From a virus: a stretch of 64,000 nucleotides of DNA. A program made the position numbers and the translations under genes. The notes below the pieces were generated by a model. That model saw only the letters and a list, made by a program, of their open reading frames with translations. It was not told the DNA's origin and ran no database searches. This document shows positions 20,693 to 30,200 of the stretch, piece by piece (position 1 is the stretch's first letter; each line of letters opens with the position of its first letter). The stretch spans positions 64,001 to 128,000 of IMG/VR virus record IMGVR_UViG_3300007511_000003; one strand, given 5' to 3'.

Positions 20693-21465
20693 TAGTAGTA
20701 CCCTAACAGTTTATGTTGTTGAGCAACCACCCGGATGTTATATCCTTGGTTCCAGTTCAGGATCATCTGGGTGATGCGTTGGAGTTCCTTAGTAGGAACA
20801 GGGCCCTTGGTGTTGTCAGCACAGGGCGTAAGGATGATTGGGTGTGACATAAAAGCGTGGTCTTGTAACAACCCACTGAAATGTTGTAATAACCAATCCA
20901 GGTCTTCTTGGTCTCGTACCACTGCCTTGGCATATACCTGGGGCATCTTCTCGATAACTTGGTAAAGGGCTGCCAGCACGTCGGCCCCCAATTCGACACC
21001 TGTATTTGGCGTCTTGATATCCAACGACACCTGATCAAAACAGTTAAAGGCTTGGCTGTCAATGATAGTACCGCTAGTCTCCAGGTTTGTTCGCAACCCT
21101 CGCCGTCGAAGTAAAGTCGAAAGGCGGGTTACTTGGGGGCGGTAGTGGAGAGGTTCGCCCCCTGTAATGGAAACCTCCACCACTTTACCTTTGACTATCT
21201 TTACCAATCGGTCCGCAAGCGAGGAGACCTCAGCCAAGGGGTGTTCTCCTACTGCCCAACTATCCTTGGTATCACAAGTAGTGCAGCCTACAGCACATCC
21301 GGATACACGGATAAATAGCCTGGGTACCCCTATGTTTATACCCTCCCCCTCCAAAGTCTCCTGGATTTCCATCACAGGGAGAACATCGTCGGGCACCTCA
21401 TGGATTCCCAGTTTCAAGAGGTTACACTTAAACTTGGGTACCACCACATTGATCGGCTTAATCAT
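20692..21465 (-). CDS. queE: 7-carboxy-7-deazaguanine synthase (radical SAM)
   Basis: ETLEGEG, FIRVSGCAVGCTTCDT, ITGGEP, LETSG, QQHK. Confidence 0.88.
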   Translation of the reverse strand: MIKPINVVVPKFKCNLLKLGIHEVPDDVLPVMEIQETLEGEGINIGVPRLFIRVSGCAVGCTTCDTKDSWAVGEHPLAEVSSLADRLVKIVKGKVVEVSITGGEPLHYRPQVTRLSTLLRRRGLRTNLETSGTIIDSQAFNCFDQVSLDIKTPNTGVELGADVLAALYQVIEKMPQVYAKAVVRDQEDLDWLLQHFSGLLQDHAFMSHPIILTPCADNTKGPVPTKELQRITQMILNWNQGYNIRVVAQQHKLLGYY

Positions 21466-23534
21466 CCTTCGACTCCTTCATAAAATTCAGTGTTCAGCGG
21501 GAAGTGTTCGTCCAACCAAGGTTGTATCCGTTTGCCTTCCGCACGAATCATTGCCATTGTCTCTTCTACATTTACATTGTAGCCAATTTCATCGCGTTGA
21601 CGTTCTAACGCCGACCGGATGTTGTGCAGGAGGTTTTTCTTGGTGTAATCCCACTTTTGCATGGCGTCCCCGGAAGCCCCTATGTCAAAGTCTACCGCTA
21701 GCCCTACGTTAAACTGGAAATGAAACGTCTCTGCCACTTTCTGCTCAACGCCGACTGTAGTACACCACTCCAGCAATCGGAGGACCAAAGGAATATACCG
21801 ATAGTTCACCTCCACTTCAACGCTGTCATGGACCATCATGGACGGGTAAAGGTTCGTTGGAACCCCTATCGACTGGAGTTCTTCCCCGTCAGGATCCAGC
21901 CCATATAAGTCCTGTAAGCTTTCCCACAGTTTTTCACTGTACAGGCGTGCAGCAAGGAATCCCAACTGGCTGGCGAATCCCTGAATAGGGCTGTTGGCCG
22001 CCCGTCGTTTCATGGCGGACACCAGACCAGGAACCTCTGTCATGTAAGCAAACAGGTTTCGCTTGAACCCCAGAGGGTTGTAGGTGTACAAACGGTCGGC
22101 ACTAAAATCGCATGTCCACTGGATCCAGTTGCCTGCCTTGAAAAACTTGGCAAAGAAACCGCCCTTCACCTTTTTCATCTCAGCTTCTGACTTTCCAGTG
22201 TCCCGAGCCAAAGACCTATCCGACTTACCATACATGGTCCCAAAGGTAATCACCTTTGAATCCTGCCGTTGTTCCTTTGTCACCTTCTCTACAGGTGTGC
22301 CAGTAAAGAACTGGTAGTTAAGTTTGTGGGGGTCGCCCTTCTCTTTTAAGTCGTCTCTGTGCCGAGCGGTCGGTTGCTGGCGGAACCGCAGACGGAGGTT
22401 GTGCACAACCTTAAACATCATGGCCAGCACGGCATCCTTGCTGATGATACCCCAACAACGCACCTCATGAGCGGCATAATCAAGCTTAATAACCAAACAA
22501 CCCACACGGGCAGTGAATGAACGTTTGATAAACTTGGCATCAGGACCGTGTTGGGGTGTTTGTTGGAGGCTTGGTTCTGAGCTATTACTGCGCCCTGTCA
22601 CAACATCCTTAAATCCATACTGCGGACGTAACCTGTGGTCCACCTTCCCGTCACGGGATTTACCAATCTTCTTGTAGAAGGCGTTGACATAGGATGTGAG
22701 CAACTTCTTGAGCTTGGACAAGGTGGTGAAGTCAGCCACCTCTGGATGTTCTTTGTACTTTTTCTGGAATGCGGCGTCTATTGAAGCGGCATCATCCTTA
22801 CCTGTTGACAGAGGTTCCAGCCCCATCACCTGGATAAACAACATCTGTTTGTGGGCGGCTTTATTGGGATCAAATACCCAAGCCTGGGTGTTACCAAATA
22901 TACCACCGCCTGGGGGAACCCCTTGTACTTCACACAACAATCGGTTGGCGGTCTGGACATGTTCTGACTCTCTCATCTGAGCCGCGAGTTCCTTCCGTTT
23001 GGCCAGCACTGGGGACCGTCGGCGGTCGCGGAGCAACAACAGGTATTCGATATCCAGATGGGCTCCTGTTTGTTCCATGCCACTCATCACATGGACAGTA
23101 TCCGACATCTGAGTAAGCAATAAGCGCCTATAAAACCTTCTGTAGTTGTGTTTACCTACCCGTTGGAGGGCCGCCCTTTCTTGCTGGAGTTCATGGACAC
23201 GGAAGCAAGCTTGAGTATCCATTGCACAATAGTCTAATACCTCGTCAGACAGGTCTCTGTTGGCTATGTCTTGACGGTCATCTTTAGAAAACCTGGCGTC
23301 ATAGTAAAAGGCGTTCCCATAGTAGGCCAATATTTGTGCCAACCCATAAGCTGGTGTACCGTACAGCATCAACACCTTCATGTTCTCGTCAAGGCAATTG
23401 TGAACCAAAACTGGTTTATCACTAATTTCATTACAAATAAATAGGTTGTGATTATCCTGTACCGTAACATCACATACCATAGGTGGGGAGTCAACCACCT
23501 TTACCGACTTAACTCTTACAGTTCGGGTAACCAT
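21462..23534 (-). CDS. polA: family A DNA polymerase, C-terminal part, starting with split-intein IntC
   Basis: TGRSNSSEPSLQQ, DYAAHEVR (motif A), RQDSKVITFGTMYG (B), NSPIQG, VHDS (C). Confidence 0.92.
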   Translation of the reverse strand: MVTRTVRVKSVKVVDSPPMVCDVTVQDNHNLFICNEISDKPVLVHNCLDENMKVLMLYGTPAYGLAQILAYYGNAFYYDARFSKDDRQDIANRDLSDEVLDYCAMDTQACFRVHELQQERAALQRVGKHNYRRFYRRLLLTQMSDTVHVMSGMEQTGAHLDIEYLLLLRDRRRSPVLAKRKELAAQMRESEHVQTANRLLCEVQGVPPGGGIFGNTQAWVFDPNKAAHKQMLFIQVMGLEPLSTGKDDAASIDAAFQKKYKEHPEVADFTTLSKLKKLLTSYVNAFYKKIGKSRDGKVDHRLRPQYGFKDVVTGRSNSSEPSLQQTPQHGPDAKFIKRSFTARVGCLVIKLDYAAHEVRCWGIISKDAVLAMMFKVVHNLRLRFRQQPTARHRDDLKEKGDPHKLNYQFFTGTPVEKVTKEQRQDSKVITFGTMYGKSDRSLARDTGKSEAEMKKVKGGFFAKFFKAGNWIQWTCDFSADRLYTYNPLGFKRNLFAYMTEVPGLVSAMKRRAANSPIQGFASQLGFLAARLYSEKLWESLQDLYGLDPDGEELQSIGVPTNLYPSMMVHDSVEVEVNYRYIPLVLRLLEWCTTVGVEQKVAETFHFQFNVGLAVDFDIGASGDAMQKWDYTKKNLLHNIRSALERQRDEIGYNVNVEETMAMIRAEGKRIQPWLDEHFPLNTEFYEGVEG
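23397..23534 (-). mobile_element. split intein C-half (46 aa)
   Basis: VCDVTVQDNHNL...VLVHN/C. Confidence 0.9.
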
Positions 23535-24593
23535 ATGAAGACCTCAGAAATACGTATGTTAGTGGAGCGGCGAGTGTTTGACCAAAAAATAAAGTTAACT
23601 CAAAAATTTGTACGAGACATGTCACCAAAACTCTTAGGATATTGCCAAAAGGAAGCTCTGCGAATTTATGGAGGTAAATACCCACCCTGGTGGGCTATTC
23701 TCTATAAAGTTATTTACAAGGACCACTATCGGTGCCGGTGTGGGTCCGAAAAACTAGCTTGGCAGGGTTGGGAAGGCGGTCTGGCGGAATACTGTTCCTG
23801 TAAATGTGCAGGGGCCTCTCCGGATGTTTTGAAAAAGAGGGAACATACTTGCCAACAAAAGTACGGTACTAAACATGTACAATCGGTACCTAGTATACGT
23901 GCTAAATTTAAACAGTCTATGGTACGAAACCAAGGAGTAGAATACACAGCCCAAAGCCCACGCTTAAAAAAGAAGATGCGTAAAACACTCAAAAAGAACC
24001 ATGGAGTCGAAGAAACTTTCCATTCCATGGTTCTTTATGGTAAAGCAAAGGCCACCATGTTACAGAAATATGGTGCTGAGCATAACCAACAGGTCCCCCA
24101 CCTGTTTGAACAACAACAAAGGTCAGGTTTTAAAATACGTACCATAAAAGTTAATGGGAAACGGTTTAGGGTACGTGGAGGGGAAGGTCATGCTATAAAA
24201 TACCTTGTCCACGAACTTGGGTGTTCTATAGACGAAATTTACACGACGGCGGTACAAGGTAAGCCATCCATCCCTTGGTATGACAATAAAAACAAGTACC
24301 ACATATATCACCCTGACATCTATGCCAAAGTTAAAGGGCGATGGTTTATTATTGAAGTCAAAAGCACGTATACAGCGGGTATAACCACCAAGTCTGGGGC
24401 TGAGTTTTACCGGCTACGTATGAAGGCAAAGGGTGTGGAAGAGGCCGGTTACAATTTCAGGACACTCCTTGTCCATTATGGACGGTCCCTCCCTCTTGAC
24501 TACCGTCCACTTGTTATTAAAGACATACACCAAAAGACCAGAAAACAGGTTAGGTCTGAAGTAAAACTTCATCGTCAGAGGTTAGGTTCTTAG
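23535..24593 (+). CDS. free-standing PD-(D/E)xK homing endonuclease-like protein
   Basis: YCSCKC, repeated KYG..H..Q units, YHPDIY...IIEVKS; likely start ATG 23535. Confidence 0.8.
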   Translation: MKTSEIRMLVERRVFDQKIKLTQKFVRDMSPKLLGYCQKEALRIYGGKYPPWWAILYKVIYKDHYRCRCGSEKLAWQGWEGGLAEYCSCKCAGASPDVLKKREHTCQQKYGTKHVQSVPSIRAKFKQSMVRNQGVEYTAQSPRLKKKMRKTLKKNHGVEETFHSMVLYGKAKATMLQKYGAEHNQQVPHLFEQQQRSGFKIRTIKVNGKRFRVRGGEGHAIKYLVHELGCSIDEIYTTAVQGKPSIPWYDNKNKYHIYHPDIYAKVKGRWFIIEVKSTYTAGITTKSGAEFYRLRMKAKGVEEAGYNFRTLLVHYGRSLPLDYRPLVIKDIHQKTRKQVRSEVKLHRQRLGS

Positions 24594-24846
24594 CTTTTAC
24601 ATAGGAACCTCGGGTAACCGACCAAACCTCATGGTCTTCAGTAACGCGAATGGATCCCCCTTCATAGGATATTTCCACCATTCGTTGGTCTGTTGGGTGG
24701 GTAGAAGTAGCTAAAAGTGGTTTATATTCTTCCTGTTGTGTTTTATGGTTATATGATAAAACCTGAGGAGGATTCCCCATAACCACCAAGTCTTTCATTT
24801 GTACCATACCACGTTCCGTTACCACCCAAGACTCTGGGTGTATACA
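24550..24846 (-). mobile_element. split intein N-half (98 aa)
   Basis: CIHPESWV block A; IRVTEDHEV block B TxxH; ends at a stop. Confidence 0.9.
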
Positions 24847-25944
24847 GAACTCACCGGCAATGGTGTCCCAAACAGGCCAATAAATGAATGGGAGATCGAA
24901 CTCCTGACGTATAATACGAAGGTCAAATTTGGCGTTGTGCATAACCAAATAACGAGGGGATTTAGGCTGCCATTCCACTCGTTGCCCAAAGTAGGCACGT
25001 AGTTCCTTAAATATTGTGCGGAACTCTGATCCTGAGAATGGGGTATCACGATGGTGTACAGGGAGGATAAAAGCCCTGTCGGGATTGTCTGAGAATTGGA
25101 GGGTCTGGAGTTGGTTATGATGAACGGACAGGTTCTTGGTCTCTGAGTCAACGGAAACCACGGGAGCCCGTTTAATGACCCTCATCATACGCTTAAACTT
25201 GCTCAACGTATCGATGAGGATTGGATTTGGCCGCACCTCGGAGGCCGTAAATGGGAGTCGGTCCAAAAACGCCGACATGAGAGTGCGTCCGATATATCCA
25301 AGAATATTGGCCTGGGTGATGGCTTCATCCATCTTTGTCTGACTCTCGGCATCGGAGTCATTGTCCATGTCGGTACCACGCAAAAAATAGGTGTGGTCGT
25401 ACCGTATGGTGTTGGTGACCAGGACAGGCTTCCCTCGCACTTTGATAGCATGGGGCCAACCCCTTTTATGTGAAATGTCATCCACCCGGGGTAACAGGGA
25501 TTCTGCCGCTTCATCCCCAAATACTATCACGTTCGTCGGATCCATCTTGCGAACAAACGCCTTTACTCGCTTAGAAGCAGCATCATTGGCGTGCTTACGT
25601 CGGGCACCTTTGAGGTGGTAGGTCTTGAAGAAATTGAAGTTGATGGTGGCATAAGCCACCGATTCCTCAATGGATTCTGGGTTGACAAGAGCACATTGTC
25701 GGCGGGCAAATTGTAGGAGGTTCGTGACAACGGTGGCGCCGGTTCCTCGATCCAATAACGCCTTTTCCTTGAGGTCTTTACCATCCACATGTTCTACCAC
25801 CAGAATAACACGGCGCCTGGCGGTCTTCCAGTTTTTCGTTATAGGGATAGCTACGTCAAATGCGGGGCATTCCTTTGGGCTCCAACCCTCTGGAAGATCG
25901 TTTTGGAAAGTCACATAACGCATCTGCCGGCGGTCTGTTATCAC
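24550..25944 (-). CDS. polA: family A DNA polymerase, N-terminal part (UDG-like + 3'-5' exonuclease) ending in split-intein IntN
   Basis: VDSET (ExoI), HNAKFD (ExoII), then GEF/CIHPESWVVTERG. Confidence 0.88.
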   Translation of the reverse strand: MITDRRQMRYVTFQNDLPEGWSPKECPAFDVAIPITKNWKTARRRVILVVEHVDGKDLKEKALLDRGTGATVVTNLLQFARRQCALVNPESIEESVAYATINFNFFKTYHLKGARRKHANDAASKRVKAFVRKMDPTNVIVFGDEAAESLLPRVDDISHKRGWPHAIKVRGKPVLVTNTIRYDHTYFLRGTDMDNDSDAESQTKMDEAITQANILGYIGRTLMSAFLDRLPFTASEVRPNPILIDTLSKFKRMMRVIKRAPVVSVDSETKNLSVHHNQLQTLQFSDNPDRAFILPVHHRDTPFSGSEFRTIFKELRAYFGQRVEWQPKSPRYLVMHNAKFDLRIIRQEFDLPFIYWPVWDTIAGEFCIHPESWVVTERGMVQMKDLVVMGNPPQVLSYNHKTQQEEYKPLLATSTHPTDQRMVEISYEGGSIRVTEDHEVWSVTRGSYVKAKNLTSDDEVLLQT

Positions 25945-26585
25945 TGGCGTGCTCCCAGTTGAGGGTGTTTTTGGATGGCAGACTGGGCGGCTGCCAGTAT
26001 ATCTTCTGGTGGTTGGTCGGCATTGATTTGGTCTACTGACCTGCCCCTGAACAAGGGAGATCGGTGTAGGTTCTCAAAGTTGTAGGCTACGCGGTCGAAG
26101 AAAGCCCGATCCTCTTGTTCCATTCGATCCAACCCACGTTCAATCCTGGCCATTGCTTTAACCGGATCCATCAGCAACAAAAGAGTCAGGTGTGGGAACA
26201 CTCCCTGGACGGCCATGGCAGAAGCGGCCCGAAAATTGTCAACTGAAGTACGGCGACCACCTACTTGGTAAGCGAACGTACTGTCAATAAACCTATCACA
26301 GATAACCCAGTCTCCTCGGTCCAAAGCAGGCTGGATTACCTGGTGTACGTGTTGACAACGAGCGGCTGACACCAACAATAACTCGGCATCCCCACATAGG
26401 TCAGTCTCTGGGTCCAGAAGGATACTACGCATCCTTTCTCCAGCGGGAGTCCCGCCAGGTTCCCTTGTCACGACTACCTCCACCCCTTGGGTCTCTTTAA
26501 CCCAAGGGATCAGACCTTTCAAAAGGGTGGTCTTCCCTGTACCTTCACCACCCTCAATAGCAATAAACCTTCCGCTCATAGCCAT
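25941..26585 (-). CDS. tmk: thymidylate kinase
   Basis: IEGGEGTGKTT, TREPGG, CDRFIDS..AYQ. Confidence 0.95.
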   Translation of the reverse strand: MAMSGRFIAIEGGEGTGKTTLLKGLIPWVKETQGVEVVVTREPGGTPAGERMRSILLDPETDLCGDAELLLVSAARCQHVHQVIQPALDRGDWVICDRFIDSTFAYQVGGRRTSVDNFRAASAMAVQGVFPHLTLLLLMDPVKAMARIERGLDRMEQEDRAFFDRVAYNFENLHRSPLFRGRSVDQINADQPPEDILAAAQSAIQKHPQLGARQ

Positions 26586-26625
26586 GCTCCTTCTTTGTAC
26601 CTGTGATGGTCATTTCCTTGAATTC

Positions 26626-26633
26626 TATTTACA
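26626..26633 (-). promoter_or_regulatory. TGTAAATA phage promoter-like motif (other copies at 11181, 20173, 33121, 42831, 52600, 60317, 62200)
   Basis: Same 8-mer recurs on the coding strand, mostly intergenic and upstream of start codons. Confidence 0.65.
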
Positions 26634-26637
26634 GTTC

Positions 26638-26663
26638 AAAAAAAGAGGCCCGCGAAGGGCCCC
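26638..26663 (-). terminator. Rho-independent terminator
   Basis: GGCCC-ttcgc-GGGCC then TCTTTTTT. Confidence 0.7.
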
Positions 26664-26695
26664 AGTATAACATCCAAGGAAAGGAGAGTGGTTGG

Positions 26696-27229
26696 TCAGT
26701 CAGGACGCGTGTTTTCTTCGGTCGGCTCGTCGGCCCGTATGAGACCTACCTGGGAGGCAGTCACAGAAGCGGGATGTGGGTGGGCTTGCTGTTTCTCAGG
26801 TCGGGCATCCGGATCCACCGACTTGGGCTTTTGCTGGACCGCTTTGGGTTCTCCCTCGGGTTTTTCTTGGCGTCGGGGGCCTTTGCCTTTCCGAGAACCA
26901 GGAGGGGTTACAGGACCGCTGGAGGGAGGTCGAATGGTGGCCGCCGTTTTGGGTGGCATGATGGGTTTGGGTGTCGCTTTGGCAGGAGCCGGATCTGGTT
27001 TCGCAGCAGGTTCTTCCACCAGCAAGCCTCGCAAAACAGGTTCTAGGCTTTCCATGTTGACAGGTTGAGAATTACGAACCAACCGAGAGGCGCCCTGCGC
27101 AGCACACCAACCAAAGTAGGCTTTACTTGTTACGTGGTCCCAGATTCCCGTGGTTTTGCCTGATAGGAATCCCTTATCAATCAACACCTGTTGGATCTGG
27201 GTGATTTCTTTGTGTCCAATGTCGGTCAT
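26696..27229 (-). CDS. peptidoglycan-binding-domain protein with Pro/Lys-rich tail
   Basis: ITQIQQVLIDKGF..G...GIWDHVTSKA resembles PG_binding_1. Confidence 0.55.
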   Translation of the reverse strand: MTDIGHKEITQIQQVLIDKGFLSGKTTGIWDHVTSKAYFGWCAAQGASRLVRNSQPVNMESLEPVLRGLLVEEPAAKPDPAPAKATPKPIMPPKTAATIRPPSSGPVTPPGSRKGKGPRRQEKPEGEPKAVQQKPKSVDPDARPEKQQAHPHPASVTASQVGLIRADEPTEENTRPD

Positions 27230-27230
27230 G

Positions 27231-30200
27231 TTATTCGTTGCCTCCTGAGTCTTGTTTGGTAACCTTGAGTTGTTTATACTCTTCCTTCACTTGGTCGAGG
27301 TTACGAATATCATAACCTGCATCTACCATCTCCTTTACCTTGTCCTTGGCATCGTTCTTGGACTTGGCGAAGTAGAACCACTCTCCATTGGAACGCTCCC
27401 ACTTGACTCCCGGTACCTTGGCTTTCTGCCTCAGCGTCTTGGAAGCAGGTTGGGTGGGAATCGTAGCACAGATAAAGAGCTGGCCGTCTTGGATAACCGG
27501 GTACGGCCGCAGTATGGTTGGTTTTCCAACAGGGCGGAACCGCATACGGAAGAAGTTCTTGATATCCATCTGAGTGGCTTTAGGTACGTTCAACAGGCGT
27601 CCTTTGCCTTGGTCAAATGCCTGTTGAAGGCGACGAAGGGTACGGACGAAACTGCTCCGCATTTCGTAACCCTCGACTAAGGCATCCACCATAAGCGCCA
27701 TCTTTTGCTTGTTCGGGATATAGGCAAAAGCGTAAGCCGGGATCAGATGGAACCCAAGATCCTGCATCTCACTTGCAGGCGGAGCATCAGGGTCGTCGTC
27801 ATCAACGGTCACACAAATGATGTTGTTGGCGACCGTCAAGAACGCCTCAAAGCCATTACCTGCCTGCTTGTCACCTGTTGGAACAGGCTTCCGAACTTGG
27901 TCCCCACTTGGGCCCACCGGCTGTTCATCCTGGTCTTCGACTACCTCTGTGGGATCAACATCCATGCGGGGTTCTTCTTCGGCAGGAGGCTCTTCTTCCA
28001 TCTGTTGTTGGGCATCATCCATGAGATCTTCAACATGGTCTTCTGCCTGCTTCTTAAGCTGGTCTTTATGGTCCTCGGCTTGTTTCTGTTCTTCCTCCTC
28101 ATTGGTGGGCTCCTGTTCAACCTTAAGTTCCTTGATACCCTCACCTTCCGGCTGTTCGTCTGTAGGTGGAAGTCCTTCGTCCACCGGAGCCTCTGGAGTC
28201 TCCTCTGGTCCCATCTCTTGCGTTTGTTTCATAACCCGACGTAGGCGCCTACGTTCACGCCGCAATTCCTTTTCCAGTTCCTCGTTACCTTCTTGTACAG
28301 CCTGCTTGATCTTGACGGCAGTTTGTTTAATCTCCATCTGGAGTTCTTCAACCGTACGCCCGTCAGGCACCAAAGCACGCCGACGTTTTTGTTGACGTGA
28401 GGCTTTACCCGCTTTGGTCGCCGGGGCATTGGTTTTGTCACGCTGGACCTGAGCGTCAGAGCCAGTGTCTGGAACATTAACGGGCTCACCAACATCAATA
28501 ACCCCTACCGTGGGTAAGCCTAGCAAACCAACCAGACGTTCTTGGACCGGAGCGGTATCCTCAGACTGGATGATAAAACTCCGCATCTTGAAAGCCGACA
28601 CTGTTTGACCACTTGCCAGCTTGACCCTGATCTTGTTCTTAGTACCCCCAACAATAACACCATCCCCGAACTCTGTGTGGACACGGGCATTCACCGGGGT
28701 GAAATCATCCAACTCTTGCCCGTTGTCCTCCGCATAGTTGGCAAACGTCGATACCCCGAGTTCGTCCATGTATGGCAACACCTGCCCGTCAATGTAGGGC
28801 ACACCTACCATATACTGAGAACCCTCGAGGTCTGGGGCCGTAGCCACCAACCTTGGCTTTTTGTGGTGCTTGGGGTTGTTCTTATAGTTCTGGAAGTCCT
28901 TATGCTCTGCCTCCTTGTATGTGTGGAAGCCTTCCAGATACTGAGACAGGTTGGTCTCGAAATCGTTCTTCTCAGTGATCGAATCCAGTGTCATCGACAC
29001 CAGTGGAAGGTTCGGTACTCCATCGTACAGCGGGTTACCTTGCTCATCGAAACGAACCTTGGCCAACATTTTGGAGATCAAGCGGCTGATCTTGGTGACA
29101 TCAATGGATTGGTCACAAATCACCCAGTCAAAGTACACTTTGTCACGCTCGGCAAACTGCCCTTTCGGATCCGGCCGGAAGATACGCGACTCTGCCTGGT
29201 CCAACGCTCCGGGGCTCCACACCGACTCAACCCTAATCAACCGACTCGCCATTTGGAGGTTGAGGCCTTCCTCCAGAGACTTGCCCACACCGATCAGGAT
29301 CTGGATACGGTCATCCTTCATGAACTGGGCGACATGCTTGGCTTTCTCCGAAGCATGGTACCGAAGGGCCCGGCTCTGCAAGTCAGGAGGCAGGCCCTCG
29401 TACATGGCATCTGCTGATCGGTTGTAACCGCAGAACACCAGAATCTTGCCCGGGATACCCTGGCTGATGTGCTGGTTGCACAGCTTCGTAACCTGCATGG
29501 CTTTGGGGCTGACCTGGTCTGCGGGGTCCTTCAGGAGGGCTTCACCATCGTGGTCCATCGCAGGCGCCGACAGGAACTTTTCCATCCGTTGCATGTAGGG
29601 CCGTAGCAAAAACTCGATGTTCTCAGCTTCTACTTCATCACCAGACCTCAACTTGGACAAGAGGTCTTCGTTTTGGGCGATGAGCTCCAACGTCTGCTTG
29701 AGGATCGAATCGTAGACCGTCCGTTGGTTGGGCCTCATCTTGACAAAGTGGAAGTTCTCCACACGCTTTGGCAGGAGAGCCGCCCATTCCTTCCTCTTAA
29801 TGGTAACAAGGTTGGAAAACTGGCCTACTCGTTGGGCGATCTTCCGCTCAGCGTCAGGCTTCCAGCTCAAGACCTTTCCACCACGCCAATCCGAGGCATA
29901 GGCTTCGATGAACTTTTTCCTATTGCCAAAGGTAGCGGGGTCGATCATGTTAAACTGACCGACAATATCCGTCATCTGGTCAGTAACAAAGGTACCAGTT
30001 GCCAGCCTACGATAAGGGATATCTGCCGCTAGCCGTTGAGTAACCTGGCTACGAGTGGACGCTGGGTTCTTGACATTGTGGCTTTCATCCAGCGCGATGT
30101 AGTCGAACCCAAAGGACCGCAGCATCTCGCTGTTGTCACCAATCTTAATCGGTTCTGGACCGTAGGACTCTTCGCGGACACGACCCTTGATGAAGTCGTA

